Assembly: GCA_965232515.1 (NCBI GenBank)
Contig: CBDDPY010000002.1
Coordinates: forward strand, 1,088,001 to 1,152,000
Source: Alphaproteobacteria bacterium
Lineage (GTDB): Bacteria > Pseudomonadota > Alphaproteobacteria > GCA-2731375
DNA: 64,000 bases
Direction of reading: 5' to 3'
Shown piece after piece: positions 20,835 to 31,804 of the stretch. The position numbers were made by a program, and so were the translations under genes. The stretch's first letter is position 1. Each line of letters opens with the position of its first letter. The notes below the pieces were generated by a model. It saw nothing but the letters and a program-made list of their open reading frames with translations, made no database searches and was not told the DNA's origin.

Positions 20835-21485
20835 ATGAGCGAGCAAGAAGCGCAACAGGATCCGGACTCCCAACAAGAACCGACCATGGAGGAGATCCTG
20901 GCATCAATCCGCCGGATCATCTCCGAGGACGATAAGGAGGAGGACCAGGAGTCGGCCGAAACCGAGGCGGCGGACGCTGAACCTGTGCCCGAGCCCGAAC
21001 CGGAGCCGGAGCTTGCCGCCGAACCTGAGCCAGAACCGGAACCCGAGCCAGAGGCGGAGCCGGAACCGGAGCTTGCCGCCGAGCCTGAGCCGGAACCGGC
21101 CGTGGAAATGGCCGAGGACGACGACGATGATATCCTCGAGCTGACGGAGGTCGTCGACGAAGAGGAAGCGGCGCCCCCGGACGACGACGTCATCGAGCTA
21201 CAGGAAACGCCGCCGGAGCCTCCCGTCGAGGCCGCCGTGGGCAACGACCTCGTCTCACCGCCGCAGGCAACGGCCGCGACAGGGTCGCTGGCCGAACTGG
21301 CCGGTACGATATCCGCCACCCGCGGCGTACACCTCGGCAACGGCAATCGGACGCTCGAAGAGCTGGTAAAAGAGCTCCTGCGTCCGATGCTGAAAGACTG
21401 GCTGGACGCCAATCTGCCGACCTTGGTAGAACGGCTCGTCGAGAAAGAAATCTCGAAGATCGCCGGCCGGGCAGACAAGTCTTAA
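20835..21485 (+). CDS. popZ: Polar organizing protein PopZ (DUF2497)
   Basis: EPTMEEILASIRRIISED; Pro/Glu-rich linker with duplicated EPEPELAAEPEPEP; TLEELVKELLRPMLKDWLDANLPTLVERLVEKEI; tolC-popZ-valS synteny. Confidence 0.93.
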   Translation: MSEQEAQQDPDSQQEPTMEEILASIRRIISEDDKEEDQESAETEAADAEPVPEPEPEPELAAEPEPEPEPEPEAEPEPELAAEPEPEPAVEMAEDDDDDILELTEVVDEEEAAPPDDDVIELQETPPEPPVEAAVGNDLVSPPQATAATGSLAELAGTISATRGVHLGNGNRTLEELVKELLRPMLKDWLDANLPTLVERLVEKEISKIAGRADKS

Positions 21486-21573
21486 CTATCGCCCATCCAG
21501 CGACGATCTGACAGCTGCCGGCGGCTCCGGTGACGGGGCGCGACGCAATCAGTTTTGTGAGAAGGGTTCAGCA

Positions 21574-24228
21574 ATGCTGGACAAGACCTATCGTCCCCAG
21601 GACGTCGAGGAACGGATCTACGCCGACTGGGAAGATGCCGGCGTCTTCGAATGCGGCCGGCGGCCCGACGCCAAGCCCTACACGATCGTTATCCCGCCGC
21701 CGAATGTAACCGGCAGCCTGCATATGGGCCATGCCCTCAACAATACGCTGCAGGACATCATGTGCCGGCTGGAGCGGATGCGGGGCCGCGATGTCCTTTG
21801 GCAGCCCGGCACCGACCATGCCGGGATCGCGACGCAAATGGTGGTCGAGCGCCAAATCGAGGCCGAGGGCAGCAACATGTCCCGCCGCGAGATGGGTCGC
21901 GAGGCCTTCATCGACCGTGTCTGGGCCTGGAAGGCCGAGAGCGGCGGCACCATCACCAACCAGTTGCGGCGGCTCGGGGCCTCCTGCGACTGGCGGCGCG
22001 AGCGCTTCACCATGGACGACGGCCTGTCGGCGGCCGTGCGCAAGGTCTTCGTCGATCTCTACAAGAAAAACCTGATCTACAAGGACCTGCGCCTGGTGAA
22101 TTGGGATCCGGCGCTGCACACGGCGATCTCGGACCTGGAGGTCCAGCAGAACGAGATCAAGGGCCACCTCTGGCATTTCAAGTACCCGCTTGAGGACGAC
22201 GGGAACCAGTTCATCACCGTCGCCACGACCCGGCCCGAGACCATGCTTGGCGACACCGGCGTCGCCGTGCACCCGGACGACGACCGCTATAAGCACCTGG
22301 TGGGCAAGAACGCCATTCTGCCGCTGGTCGGCCGGAAGCTACGTATCGTCGCCGATGACTACGCCGATCCCGAGCAGGGCTCGGGCGCGGTGAAGATGAC
22401 GCCGGCGCACGATTTCAACGACTTCGAGGTCGGCCGCCGGCATGACCTGGAGATGATCAACATCTTCGACGCCGAGGCCCGGATCAACGAAAACGCGCCC
22501 GAGAAATACCGCGGCATGGACCGCTTCCAGGCCCGCAAGGCCATTGTCGCCGATCTGGAGGCGCAGGGGCTGGTCGACCGGATCGAGGATCACGTCCACA
22601 TGGTGCCCTACGGCGACCGCGGCGGCGTGCCGATCGAACCCTGGCTGACCGAGCAGTGGTATGTCGACGCCGCCACGCTGGCCAAGCCGGCGATCGCGGC
22701 GGTCGAGGACGGCCGCACGGTCTTTGTCCCGAAGCCGTGGGAAAAGACCTACTTCGAGTGGATGCGCAACATCCAGCCGTGGTGCGTGTCGCGGCAGCTC
22801 TGGTGGGGCCACCAGATCCCGGCCTGGTACGGTCCGGACGGCGAGATCTTTGTGGAGTACACCGAAGCCGAGGCCGAGGCGGCGGCCGAGAAGCACTACG
22901 GCAAGAAGGTCGAGCTGCGACGCGACGAGGACGTGCTGGACACCTGGTTCTCGAGCGCGCTCTGGCCGTTCTCGACGCTCGGCTGGCCTGAGGAGACGCC
23001 CGAGCTGGCGCGCTATTATCCCACCAACCTGCTGGTCACCGGCTTCGACATCATTTTCTTCTGGGTCGCACGGATGATGATGATGGGCCTGCACTTCAAG
23101 GAAGAAGTGCCGTTCGACACCGTCTACATCCACGCCCTGGTGCGCGACGCCAAGGGCCAGAAGATGTCGAAGAGCAAGGGCAACATCATCGATCCCTTGG
23201 AGCTGATCGACAAATACGGCGCCGACGCGCTGCGGTTCACGCTGGCCGCCCAGGCGGCGCAGGGCAGGGACGTCAAGCTCGCCGAGTCGCGGGTCGAGGG
23301 CTATCGCAATTTCGGCACCAAGCTCTGGAACGCCGCGCGGTTCGCCGAGATGAACGGCTGCAAGCCCTTGGCCGACTTCGATCCAGCCAGCGTTCAGCAT
23401 ACGGTCAACCGCTGGCTCGTCGGCGCGCTGCATGACGCCTCGATCCGCATCACGACCGGCATCGACGAATACAAATTCAACGAGGCGGCGGACGCGGTCT
23501 ACCACTTCGTCTGGGGCACGTTCTGCGACTGGTATCTGGAGTTCACCAAGCCCCTGCTGCAGGGCACCGATGAGGCGGTGAAAGCGGAGACGCAGGCAAC
23601 AACCGCCTGGGCGCTCGACCGCATCCTGCAGCTCATGCACCCCTTCATGCCCTTCATCACCGAGGAGCTCTATCAGCGCATCGCGGACCGACCCGGACAT
23701 CTGGCGATCACCGAATGGCCCGAGCTCGACCCCGAGCTGGTTTCCGCAGAGGCCGCGGCCGAGATGGATTGGGTGGTCCGGCTGATCATGGAGATACGAT
23801 CGGTCCGGGCCGAGATGAATGTGCCGCCGGGCGCGAAGATCGATCTGTTGCTTCAGGACGCCAGCGCTGAAAGTCTGGCGCGGCTGCAGCGCCACGGCGA
23901 CGTGATCGGCCGGATGGCGCGACTGTCGTCGGCCGGACCGCTCACCGGCACGGTGCCGCCCGGCTCGATACAGTCGGTGCTGGACGAGGCGACGCTGGTG
24001 ATGCCGCTCGCCGATGTGATCGACATCGACGCGGAACAGGCTCGGCTCGCGCGCGAGCTCGACAAGGTCGGGGCCGATATCCGGAAGCTCGAGGCCAAGC
24101 TGGCGAACGACAACTTCGTCTCGAAGGCGCCCGAGCACGTGGTCGAAGAGCAGCGCGAGCGAAAGGCCGAAGCCGAGCAGACCCAGGCCCGGCTGGCGGA
24201 CGCACTCGACCGCCTGCGCAGCGCCTGA
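21574..24228 (+). CDS. valS: Valine--tRNA ligase
   Basis: PPPNVTGSLHMGHA, KMSKSKGN, C-terminal coiled coil. Confidence 0.98.
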   Translation: MLDKTYRPQDVEERIYADWEDAGVFECGRRPDAKPYTIVIPPPNVTGSLHMGHALNNTLQDIMCRLERMRGRDVLWQPGTDHAGIATQMVVERQIEAEGSNMSRREMGREAFIDRVWAWKAESGGTITNQLRRLGASCDWRRERFTMDDGLSAAVRKVFVDLYKKNLIYKDLRLVNWDPALHTAISDLEVQQNEIKGHLWHFKYPLEDDGNQFITVATTRPETMLGDTGVAVHPDDDRYKHLVGKNAILPLVGRKLRIVADDYADPEQGSGAVKMTPAHDFNDFEVGRRHDLEMINIFDAEARINENAPEKYRGMDRFQARKAIVADLEAQGLVDRIEDHVHMVPYGDRGGVPIEPWLTEQWYVDAATLAKPAIAAVEDGRTVFVPKPWEKTYFEWMRNIQPWCVSRQLWWGHQIPAWYGPDGEIFVEYTEAEAEAAAEKHYGKKVELRRDEDVLDTWFSSALWPFSTLGWPEETPELARYYPTNLLVTGFDIIFFWVARMMMMGLHFKEEVPFDTVYIHALVRDAKGQKMSKSKGNIIDPLELIDKYGADALRFTLAAQAAQGRDVKLAESRVEGYRNFGTKLWNAARFAEMNGCKPLADFDPASVQHTVNRWLVGALHDASIRITTGIDEYKFNEAADAVYHFVWGTFCDWYLEFTKPLLQGTDEAVKAETQATTAWALDRILQLMHPFMPFITEELYQRIADRPGHLAITEWPELDPELVSAEAAAEMDWVVRLIMEIRSVRAEMNVPPGAKIDLLLQDASAESLARLQRHGDVIGRMARLSSAGPLTGTVPPGSIQSVLDEATLVMPLADVIDIDAEQARLARELDKVGADIRKLEAKLANDNFVSKAPEHVVEEQRERKAEAEQTQARLADALDRLRSA

Positions 24229-24255
24229 CCCGCGGCGAGGCGGCAGGCGGGGGCA

Positions 24256-24798
24256 ATGCAACCGGGCAGTCTGGCGCTGATCAGCTACCCGGCGTTGCCG
24301 GCGCACGTCGTCACCTGGATGCAGGACATCCGACGGCGTTTTGATCCCCAGTTTGCGTTGGTTCCGCCACATTTCACCTTTGTTTTCCCGACGATGGCTG
24401 TGGACGAGGCTACGCTGACGTCACATGTGGAGTCGCTGCTGGACGAGACCACTGTCATCGATTTCACAATTGACCGGGCACAGGTGTTTCCCGATCCGAA
24501 GAGCAACAGCGCTTATCTGTTTCTGGTGCCGGACGGCGGCTACGACGACATGGTGGCGTTGAACAAGCGTCTCTATGCCGGACCTCTGGCCCCATCGAGG
24601 ACGCCGGGCGTCGCGTTTACGCCGCACATCACCATCGCCCATCAGAACGACCTGGGTCTGGTCATGGGGCTCGCCGACGCCCTCAACGATCAGGATATCG
24701 ACATCGCCGGCCGCCTCGATCAATACACACTGGTCAGGCGTACGGATACCGGACTCGCGGCCTGCCGGCAGATCGACGTCGGTAACCAGGCGTCCTAG
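24256..24798 (+). CDS. 2H phosphoesterase (2'-5' RNA ligase family)
   Basis: Two HxT motifs, PHFTF and PHITI. Confidence 0.8.
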   Translation: MQPGSLALISYPALPAHVVTWMQDIRRRFDPQFALVPPHFTFVFPTMAVDEATLTSHVESLLDETTVIDFTIDRAQVFPDPKSNSAYLFLVPDGGYDDMVALNKRLYAGPLAPSRTPGVAFTPHITIAHQNDLGLVMGLADALNDQDIDIAGRLDQYTLVRRTDTGLAACRQIDVGNQAS

Positions 24799-25592
24799 TT
24801 TCGATAGGACGGATCGAGGCGGTCCATCAGCCGCATCCAAGCCGCGAATTCGAGCTCGCCGGGACGATGCGCCCCATAGGCGGTCATGAAATCGTCCGTG
24901 CCCTTGACCGTCAGCTCCCGGGCCTGTTCCGACGGCAGCGTGTAGCCGCCGCCGCTGCCATAGGTCGCGACCTGCGTCTCGCAGGCACGCTCCAGCCGGT
25001 ACATCCAGATGAACGCCTCGGCGATGGTCTCGCCCACGGTCAGCAGACCGTGGTTGCGCAAAACCAAGGCGTTGTTGCGCGGCCCCAGGCTCGCGGCCAG
25101 ACGCTCCCGTTCGGAGATGTTGTGCTCACCGCTGGCGCCCTCGAAGTCGTGGTAGGACACGCGGTCGTGGAAGCCGATGGCGAAGATGCCAATCGGCAGC
25201 AGGCCGTGCTCCAGCGCCGCCACGGCCATGCCGGCCGTCGTATGCGTATGCACGACGGCCTTGGCGTCCTCGCGGGCCATGTGAATAGCGCTGTGGATGA
25301 CGAACCCGGCTTCGTTGATGATGTCGTCGCCCGGTTCGACCTTGTTGCCGTCGACATCGATCTTGACCAGACCGGACGCCGTCACCTCGTCGAACCGCAC
25401 GCCGAACGGGTTGATCAAGAAGTGATGCTCCGGTCCCGGCACACGCACTGTTGTGTGCGTGTTCATCGAGTCCTCCCACCCGAGGTGGGCGTTGATGCGG
25501 AACGCCGCGGCCAGTTGCACCCGCAATTCCCACTCGGCCGGGTCCATTCCCGGGTTGGTCTCTTCGGCATGGGTCAAGGTCGAGATCGCCAT
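24795..25592 (-). CDS. Class II aldolase/adducin family protein
   Basis: FLINPFGVRFDEVTASGLVKID, GFVIHSAIH, HTHT, LRNHGLLT. Confidence 0.92.
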   Translation of the reverse strand: MAISTLTHAEETNPGMDPAEWELRVQLAAAFRINAHLGWEDSMNTHTTVRVPGPEHHFLINPFGVRFDEVTASGLVKIDVDGNKVEPGDDIINEAGFVIHSAIHMAREDAKAVVHTHTTAGMAVAALEHGLLPIGIFAIGFHDRVSYHDFEGASGEHNISERERLAASLGPRNNALVLRNHGLLTVGETIAEAFIWMYRLERACETQVATYGSGGGYTLPSEQARELTVKGTDDFMTAYGAHRPGELEFAAWMRLMDRLDPSYRN

Positions 25593-25691
25593 CTCTGCAA
25601 CTCCCTCGTGTGAGCGTGGTATAACCGGATCAGGGTCAATTGGGCCGCTGTCGGATCGTAACACGGGGCCACCTTCGGGAGACGCATCGCC

Positions 25692-26213
25692 ATGCTGCTG
25701 AACGAGCTGTTTCACATCGCCTTCAAGACACCGGACCTGGAAGCCACGCGCCGCTTTTATACCGAGATCCTGGGCATGGAGTTGGCGGCGCGGCCGAAGC
25801 TCGACTTCCCCGGTATCTGGATCAAGTGCCCGACGCCGGGCGGCGACGCGATCTTTCATGTCTATGCCGGTCATGCCGCCAAGAACGCCGACGGCAGCTA
25901 TCCGTCCGGCACGGGCGCCATCGACCATGTCGCTGTCACCGCGCACGGCTTCTACGAGATCCGCGACAAACTCAAGGCTGCAGGCCTGCCCTGGCGCGAG
26001 AACCTGATCCCCGGCCTGCCGCTCTGGCAGATCTTCGTCTACGACCCCAGCGGCATTCAGCTCGAACTCACGTTCAACGCGGCGGCCGAGGCGGGGCCGA
26101 AACCGAAAATTCCCGCCAAACGGCAATACAGGGCCGGCGAAACCTGGTTCGCGCCGGACGCCTATGCCCAGTTCAGCAAGCCGGCAAAGAAACGTATCCG
26201 CAAGGCCGCCTGA
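25692..26213 (+). CDS. VOC (glyoxalase) family protein
   Basis: FHIAFKTPDLEATRRFYTEILG, IDHVAV, QIFVYDPSGIQLEL. Confidence 0.88.
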   Translation: MLLNELFHIAFKTPDLEATRRFYTEILGMELAARPKLDFPGIWIKCPTPGGDAIFHVYAGHAAKNADGSYPSGTGAIDHVAVTAHGFYEIRDKLKAAGLPWRENLIPGLPLWQIFVYDPSGIQLELTFNAAAEAGPKPKIPAKRQYRAGETWFAPDAYAQFSKPAKKRIRKAA

Positions 26214-26308
26214 CGGGGCCGAATTCGGCCTTGGCGAACGGCAATTCGTGCTAAGACAAAGGCCATCCCTGGATTTCGGTTGCATTGGTTTCGGGAGGAC
26301 CGTCGACC

Positions 26309-28033
26309 ATGGACGTCAAGACGTTCGATAAATCAAAGCTGCCCAGCCGTCATGTGACGGAGGGCTTCGAGCGGGCGCCGCACCGCTCCTACTACTACGC
26401 CATGGGCATGACGGAGGAGGAGATCCATCAGCCCCTGGTCGGTGTCGTCACCACCTGGAACGAGGCCGCGCCCTGCAATATCGCTCTGGCGCGTCAGGCC
26501 CAGGCCGTGAAGAAGGGCGTGAAGTCGGCCAGCGGCACACCGCGCGAGTTCACCACGATCACGGTGACCGACGGCATCGCCATGGGTCACCAGGGCATGA
26601 AGTGCTCGCTGGTCAGCCGCGACGTCATCGCCGACTCGACCGAGCTGACCATGCGCGGCCATTGCTATGACGCGATGGTCGGCGTCGCCGGCTGCGACAA
26701 GTCGCTGCCGGGCCTGATGATGGCGATGGCCCGGCTGAACGTGCCGTCGATCTTTCTCTATGGCGGCTCAATCCTGCCGGGCCGGTTCCGCGGCCAGGAC
26801 GTGACCGTCGTCGATGTCTTTGAAGGCGTCGGCCAGGTCGCGGCCGGCAACATGTCGGAAGAGGACCTGCACGAGCTGGAATGCGTCGCCTGTCCGAGTG
26901 CCGGTTCCTGCGGCGGCCAGTTTACGGCCAATACGATGGCCACCATCTCGGAATCGATGGGCCTGGCGATCCCCGGATCGGCCGGTCCGCCGGCGCCGTA
27001 CGAGAGCCGCGACGTCTATGGCGAGCAGGCCGGCCGTCAGGTCATGGACCTGCTGGCCAGCGGAATTCGGCCCCGCGACATCATTACCCGCGAGTCCCTG
27101 CGGAACGCCGCGGTCGCGGTCGCGGCCTCGGGCGGCTCGACCAATGCCGGCCTGCATCTGCCGGCGATCGCGCACGAGGCCGGGATCGAGTTCGACCTCG
27201 ACGACGTCTGCAAGATCTTCCGCGAGACGCCGTATATCGCCGACATGAAGCCGGGCGGCAAATACGTCGCCAAGGACCTCTATGACATCGGCGGCGTGCC
27301 GGTGCTGATGAAGGCGTTGCTGGACGGCGGCTATCTGAACGGCGACTGCATCACGGTGACCGGCAAGACCATCGCCGAGAACCTGAAGGACGTGGTTTTC
27401 CCGGAAGATCAGGACGTGGTCTACCCGACCTCGAACCCGATCACACCGACCGGCGGCGTCGTCGGCCTGAAAGGCAACCTGGCGCCCGACGGAGCGATCG
27501 TGAAGGTCGCCGGCATGGCACGCCAACGCCATGTCGGACCGGCCCGCGTGTTCGATAGCGAGGAGTTGGCGTTCGAGGCGGTCCAGCGCCGCGACTATAA
27601 GGACGACGACGTGATTGTCATCCGCTACGAGGGCCCGAAGGGTGGACCCGGCATGCGCGAGATGCTGTCGACCACGGCGGCGATTTATGGCCAGGGCATG
27701 GGCGAGAAGGTGGCGCTGATCACCGACGGCCGTTTCTCCGGCGGCACGCGCGGCTTCTGCATCGGTCATGTCGGGCCCGAGGCCGCGGTCGGCGGCCCCA
27801 TCGGCCTGCTGAAGGACGGCGACATGATCACCATCGACGCCGAGACCGGTGAGCTCAGCGTCGACATCTCGGATGCCGAGATGGACGAACGCCGCAAGGC
27901 CTGGAAGTCCCGCGAGACCGATTACCAGTCCGGCGTGCTGTGGAAATACGCCCAGACCGTTGGCCCCGCCCACAAGGGCGCCGTCACCCACCCCGGCGGC
28001 AAGTCCGAGGTTCAGTGCTACGCTGATATCTGA
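26309..28033 (+). CDS. ilvD: Dihydroxy-acid dehydratase
   Basis: AAPCN, TDGIAMGH, GCDKSLPG, GPKGGPGMREML, TDGRFSGGT. Confidence 0.96.
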   Translation: MDVKTFDKSKLPSRHVTEGFERAPHRSYYYAMGMTEEEIHQPLVGVVTTWNEAAPCNIALARQAQAVKKGVKSASGTPREFTTITVTDGIAMGHQGMKCSLVSRDVIADSTELTMRGHCYDAMVGVAGCDKSLPGLMMAMARLNVPSIFLYGGSILPGRFRGQDVTVVDVFEGVGQVAAGNMSEEDLHELECVACPSAGSCGGQFTANTMATISESMGLAIPGSAGPPAPYESRDVYGEQAGRQVMDLLASGIRPRDIITRESLRNAAVAVAASGGSTNAGLHLPAIAHEAGIEFDLDDVCKIFRETPYIADMKPGGKYVAKDLYDIGGVPVLMKALLDGGYLNGDCITVTGKTIAENLKDVVFPEDQDVVYPTSNPITPTGGVVGLKGNLAPDGAIVKVAGMARQRHVGPARVFDSEELAFEAVQRRDYKDDDVIVIRYEGPKGGPGMREMLSTTAAIYGQGMGEKVALITDGRFSGGTRGFCIGHVGPEAAVGGPIGLLKDGDMITIDAETGELSVDISDAEMDERRKAWKSRETDYQSGVLWKYAQTVGPAHKGAVTHPGGKSEVQCYADI

Positions 28034-28119
28034 ATAACGCCACCTCATTGATGGTGCGGCCGCCGACGTCGCGGCCGCACCATTGATTCCAGCCAAGACG
28101 TCGATTGAAGGATTAGATC

Positions 28120-29622
28120 ATGGCCCGCATCGCGCATGCCGGAATTCTGCACGAGACCAACACCTTTGCGCCGATCAAGGCGAGCTGGGACGACTTCGTG
28201 CGAGCCGAGAGTTTTCCCGGCCTGACGCAGGGCGCGGACATGCTGGACGTGTTCCCGCCGATCAACATCGGCACCGGCGGCTTCATCCAGGAAGCGATGG
28301 CGCTGGGCCATACGCTGCTGCCGATCGCCTGGTGCGCGGCGGTGCCGTCGGCCCATGTGACCGAGGAGGCGTTCGAAAACTTCTCGAGGCTCCTGCTCGA
28401 CGGCCTCGCGCAACAGGAACCGTTCGACGCCGTCTACCTCGATTTGCACGGCGCCATGGTCACCGAGCACCTGGAGGACGGCGAGGGCGAAGTGATCCGC
28501 CGCACCCGCGAAGCGGTCGGCCCCGATATCCCCATCGTCGTCAGCCTCGACCTGCATTCGAACACCACCGATCTGATGCTGTCCGAATGCGACGGTCTGA
28601 TTGCCTATCGCACCTATCCGCATCTCGATATGGCCGATACGGGCCGCCGGTCGGCGCGCTATCTCGACCGGCTGCTGCAGGAAGATCGGCGACCGGCGAA
28701 GGCACGTCGGGCCTTGCCGTTTCTGATGCCGTTGACCGGCCAGTGCACGATGGTCGAGCCGACCAAGGGCGTCTATGAAGCGCTAGCCGAAATCGAACGC
28801 GGTGAGGGCGTCGACTCCGTGTCGTTTACACCTGGGTTTCCGCCCGCCGACATCCATGACTGCGGCCCGGTCGTGGTCGCCTATGGCGAGGACCAGGCGG
28901 CGGCCGACGCGGCGGCGGACGCGCTCTACGACTACATCATGGCGCGCGAGGCCGAGTTCATGGTGGACATGCTCGATCCGCATGCCGCCGTCGGCAAGGC
29001 CATGGCGTCCAACGCGCACAAGCCCTTCGTGCTGGCCGACGTGCAGGATAACTGCGGCGCCGGCGCCACGTCGGACACCACCGGCCTGCTGCGCGCGTTG
29101 ATCGAGCGTAATGCCGACCGCGCCGTGGTCGGCGTTCTGGTCGACCCCGAAACGGCGGCCGCGGCGCACGCGGCCGGGCAGGGCGCCGAGATCGACGTGC
29201 GGATCGGTGGCAAGCTGTTCACCGAAGGCGATCCGCCCTACGAAGACCGTTTTACCGTAACCGGCCTGTCGGACGGGCGGTTCCTCTGTACCGGACCGTT
29301 CTACGGTGGCAACAACGCCAATCTCGGTCCGACCGCGCTGCTCACCAAGGGCGGCGTCTCGGTCATCGTCTCGACCAACCGGATGCAGGCTGCCGACAAG
29401 GAGATGTTCCGGCATATCGGCTGCGAGCCGTCGGAGCAGAAGATCCTGGGCCTGAAGAGCTCGGTGCATTTCCGCGGCGACTTTACCGACATCGCGCAGG
29501 AGATCCTGGTCGTCGAGGCGCCCGGCGCCTTCATCGACCGGCCGGAAAAGCTGCCCTACGAGAACCTTCGGACGGGCGTCCGCCTGTGCCCGAAGGGACC
29601 GGAATTCGATGGACCGAACTGA
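28120..29622 (+). CDS. M81 family metallopeptidase (MlrC-like)
   Basis: HETNTF, LDLHGAMV, SLDLHSN, YRTYPHLD, KSSVHFRGDF. Confidence 0.92.
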   Translation: MARIAHAGILHETNTFAPIKASWDDFVRAESFPGLTQGADMLDVFPPINIGTGGFIQEAMALGHTLLPIAWCAAVPSAHVTEEAFENFSRLLLDGLAQQEPFDAVYLDLHGAMVTEHLEDGEGEVIRRTREAVGPDIPIVVSLDLHSNTTDLMLSECDGLIAYRTYPHLDMADTGRRSARYLDRLLQEDRRPAKARRALPFLMPLTGQCTMVEPTKGVYEALAEIERGEGVDSVSFTPGFPPADIHDCGPVVVAYGEDQAAADAAADALYDYIMAREAEFMVDMLDPHAAVGKAMASNAHKPFVLADVQDNCGAGATSDTTGLLRALIERNADRAVVGVLVDPETAAAAHAAGQGAEIDVRIGGKLFTEGDPPYEDRFTVTGLSDGRFLCTGPFYGGNNANLGPTALLTKGGVSVIVSTNRMQAADKEMFRHIGCEPSEQKILGLKSSVHFRGDFTDIAQEILVVEAPGAFIDRPEKLPYENLRTGVRLCPKGPEFDGPN

Positions 29623-29634
29623 CGGTCGGCCCGC

Positions 29635-30831
29635 ATGACGGAGGGATCGGCGCGACTGGTCTTCGGCTTCGCCTGCGCCGGCCACGCGCTGTTCCACATC
29701 CTGGTGGCATTGTTCATCACGCTGGTGCTGGTCATCGAGCCGATCTGGCAACGGCCCTATGACGAATTGATCGGCCTTTGGACCTGGGGCGCGCTGCTGC
29801 TCGGGCTCGGTGCGCCGCTGGCAGGCTGGCTCAGCGACCGCCTCGGCGAAACCCGCGTGATGATTGCTTTCTTCCTTGGCATCGGCGCGGCGACCGTTCT
29901 CTGCGGCTACGCCGATGGACCGGGCATGCTCGAGGCGGCATTGGCGCTGATGGGCCTGTTCGGCGCGATCTACCACCCCGTCGGCACCGCCTGGGTCGTT
30001 AAGAACGTGCGCCGGCGCGGACACTCGATCGCCGTGCTGGGGATTTGCGGCAGCATCGGCGCAGCCATCGCATCCCTGGTCGCCGGCGCACTTGCCGACG
30101 TGGCCGACTGGCGCGTTGCCTTTGTGGTGCCTGGCGCCGTCACGATGCTGGTCGGGCTGGCGCTGGTTTTCAGCTACGCCACCGGACGCGTGGTCGATCG
30201 TCACGACGACCTGGCGCCCAGCCCCGATCCCGACAAGCGCGATGTGCGCCGCGCCTTTGTCGTGCTCGTCATCACCGTGTCGCTGACAACGCTGGCCTAC
30301 TACGCCTTCACGACGATGTTGCCGAAATGGATCGAACGCGAGATCGGCGCCGTGCTTGGCGAGGGCCTGATCGGCATCGGCGCGCTGGTGACGGCAATCT
30401 ATCTGCTGGGCGCGTCCGCCCAGTTCGTCGGCGGGCACTATTCCGATCGCGGCTTGGCGAAAGAAATCTACATTGCCAGTTTCGGCATGAAGCTGGCGGC
30501 GCTGGTGCTGGCCGCCCTGGTCGGCGGCTGGCCGGTCGTCATCGCGGCCGTCATTGTGGTGTTCGTCTTTGACGTGGCGGCGCCGGTCGAGAACGTGCTG
30601 ATCGCGCGGTACACCCCGGCGCAACGTCGCGGGCTCGCCTACGGCATCCGCAATGGCCTGGCAATCGTCGCCGCGCCGCTCGGCGTACAGCTCGTCGCTC
30701 TGCTGTTCGACGAGGCCGCCGGCTTCCGATCACTGCTTCTCGTTCTGGCGGCGGTGGCGTTTGTCATTCTGCTCACAGCGCTGCTGTTGCCGAAGGAGCG
30801 CGCGACCGCGACCGTCGGCGTCGCCCGCTGA
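29635..30831 (+). CDS. MFS transporter
   Basis: About 12 hydrophobic segments; GWLSDRLG motif A; AIYHPVG. Confidence 0.9.
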   Translation: MTEGSARLVFGFACAGHALFHILVALFITLVLVIEPIWQRPYDELIGLWTWGALLLGLGAPLAGWLSDRLGETRVMIAFFLGIGAATVLCGYADGPGMLEAALALMGLFGAIYHPVGTAWVVKNVRRRGHSIAVLGICGSIGAAIASLVAGALADVADWRVAFVVPGAVTMLVGLALVFSYATGRVVDRHDDLAPSPDPDKRDVRRAFVVLVITVSLTTLAYYAFTTMLPKWIEREIGAVLGEGLIGIGALVTAIYLLGASAQFVGGHYSDRGLAKEIYIASFGMKLAALVLAALVGGWPVVIAAVIVVFVFDVAAPVENVLIARYTPAQRRGLAYGIRNGLAIVAAPLGVQLVALLFDEAAGFRSLLLVLAAVAFVILLTALLLPKERATATVGVAR

Positions 30832-30863
30832 CCCGCGCTCAGATCAGCAAATCGGCAACTTGG

Positions 30864-31721
30864 CTAGCGAGGTTCGTTTCGCGACTGCTTGTCACGCCCG
30901 TCTCGTTTCTTGCCGCGCATAATCAGGTAGAGCGCCGAAACGAGGAGGAGCGGCGCCGCGGCCCAATGGAACCAGATCGATCCGAGGCCGCTGAACACGT
31001 TGATGGCAAACAGGAAGGCGATGATCGCAAAAGCAGCCGCGACGGGCCTCGGCAGGCCCGCGAACCAATTCCCGAACGCGGACAGGTAGTTGTTCAGATC
31101 CGCACCGCCGCTGCCGGTCGATGCCATCTTCCGGGTTTCGACCCTGTCGGTGCTGAAGGGATGCGCGGGATCGCCGCTCAGCACGACCCGGTAGCTTGTC
31201 ACCGGCTCGGAGACGTTCTTCACCGTCTGCTGGCCAAGACTGTCGAAGCCAATCGACAACCGCTTGTGAACCTGGTCGTAGACTGGGCCGGAGATCAGGA
31301 TGCCGCCGGGCTCGGCCAACTCCTGAAGCCGCGCGGCGATGTTGACGCCGTCGCCGTAGATGCTGTCCGCCTCGACCATGACGTCGCCCAGATTGATGCC
31401 GATGCGGAACCACATTCTCTGGTCTTCCGGCAGGTCGTGGTTACGGTTCGACAGCTCGGTCTGGATCTCGATCGCGCATTGCACCGCTTCGATCACGCTG
31501 CCGAACTCGGCGATAACAGCATCACCCCAGGTGTTGACGATGCGACCGTCATGCCGGGCCATCAGGCCGTTCATGGCTTCACGGTAGGTTCTGAGCGTTT
31601 CCAGCGTGCGGGCCTCGTCGGCCTCCATCAGCCGCGAATAACTCTTCGCGTCCGCGCACAGGACCGTCGTCAAACGCCGTTTGACGCGCTCGGTCTTCTC
31701 TGCTCCTGCTTCGGTCGCCAT
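30864..31721 (-). CDS. Class III adenylate/guanylate cyclase domain protein with C-terminal TM helices
   Basis: VLCADAKSYSRLM, WGDAV, RIGINLGDV, YGDGVNIAARLQ. Confidence 0.88.
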   Translation of the reverse strand: MATEAGAEKTERVKRRLTTVLCADAKSYSRLMEADEARTLETLRTYREAMNGLMARHDGRIVNTWGDAVIAEFGSVIEAVQCAIEIQTELSNRNHDLPEDQRMWFRIGINLGDVMVEADSIYGDGVNIAARLQELAEPGGILISGPVYDQVHKRLSIGFDSLGQQTVKNVSEPVTSYRVVLSGDPAHPFSTDRVETRKMASTGSGGADLNNYLSAFGNWFAGLPRPVAAAFAIIAFLFAINVFSGLGSIWFHWAAAPLLLVSALYLIMRGKKRDGRDKQSRNEPR

Positions 31722-31804
31722 GCTCTCAGCCTCGCCGGCAATCCGGCCACGTCATGGACCCGCTCAATCTAACACAGTCCGGCCGGACTCCGTTATACGC
31801 AGGG

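Noticed and set aside
20980-21100. EPEPEP repeats in popZ
   Set aside because: Expected Pro/Glu/Asp-rich disordered linker of PopZ.
22339-30624. Long antisense ORFs opposite valS, ilvD and mlrC/MFS (and the 496-aa extension of the aldolase)
   Set aside because: Typical stop-poor antisense frames of high-GC genes, with no recognisable motifs.
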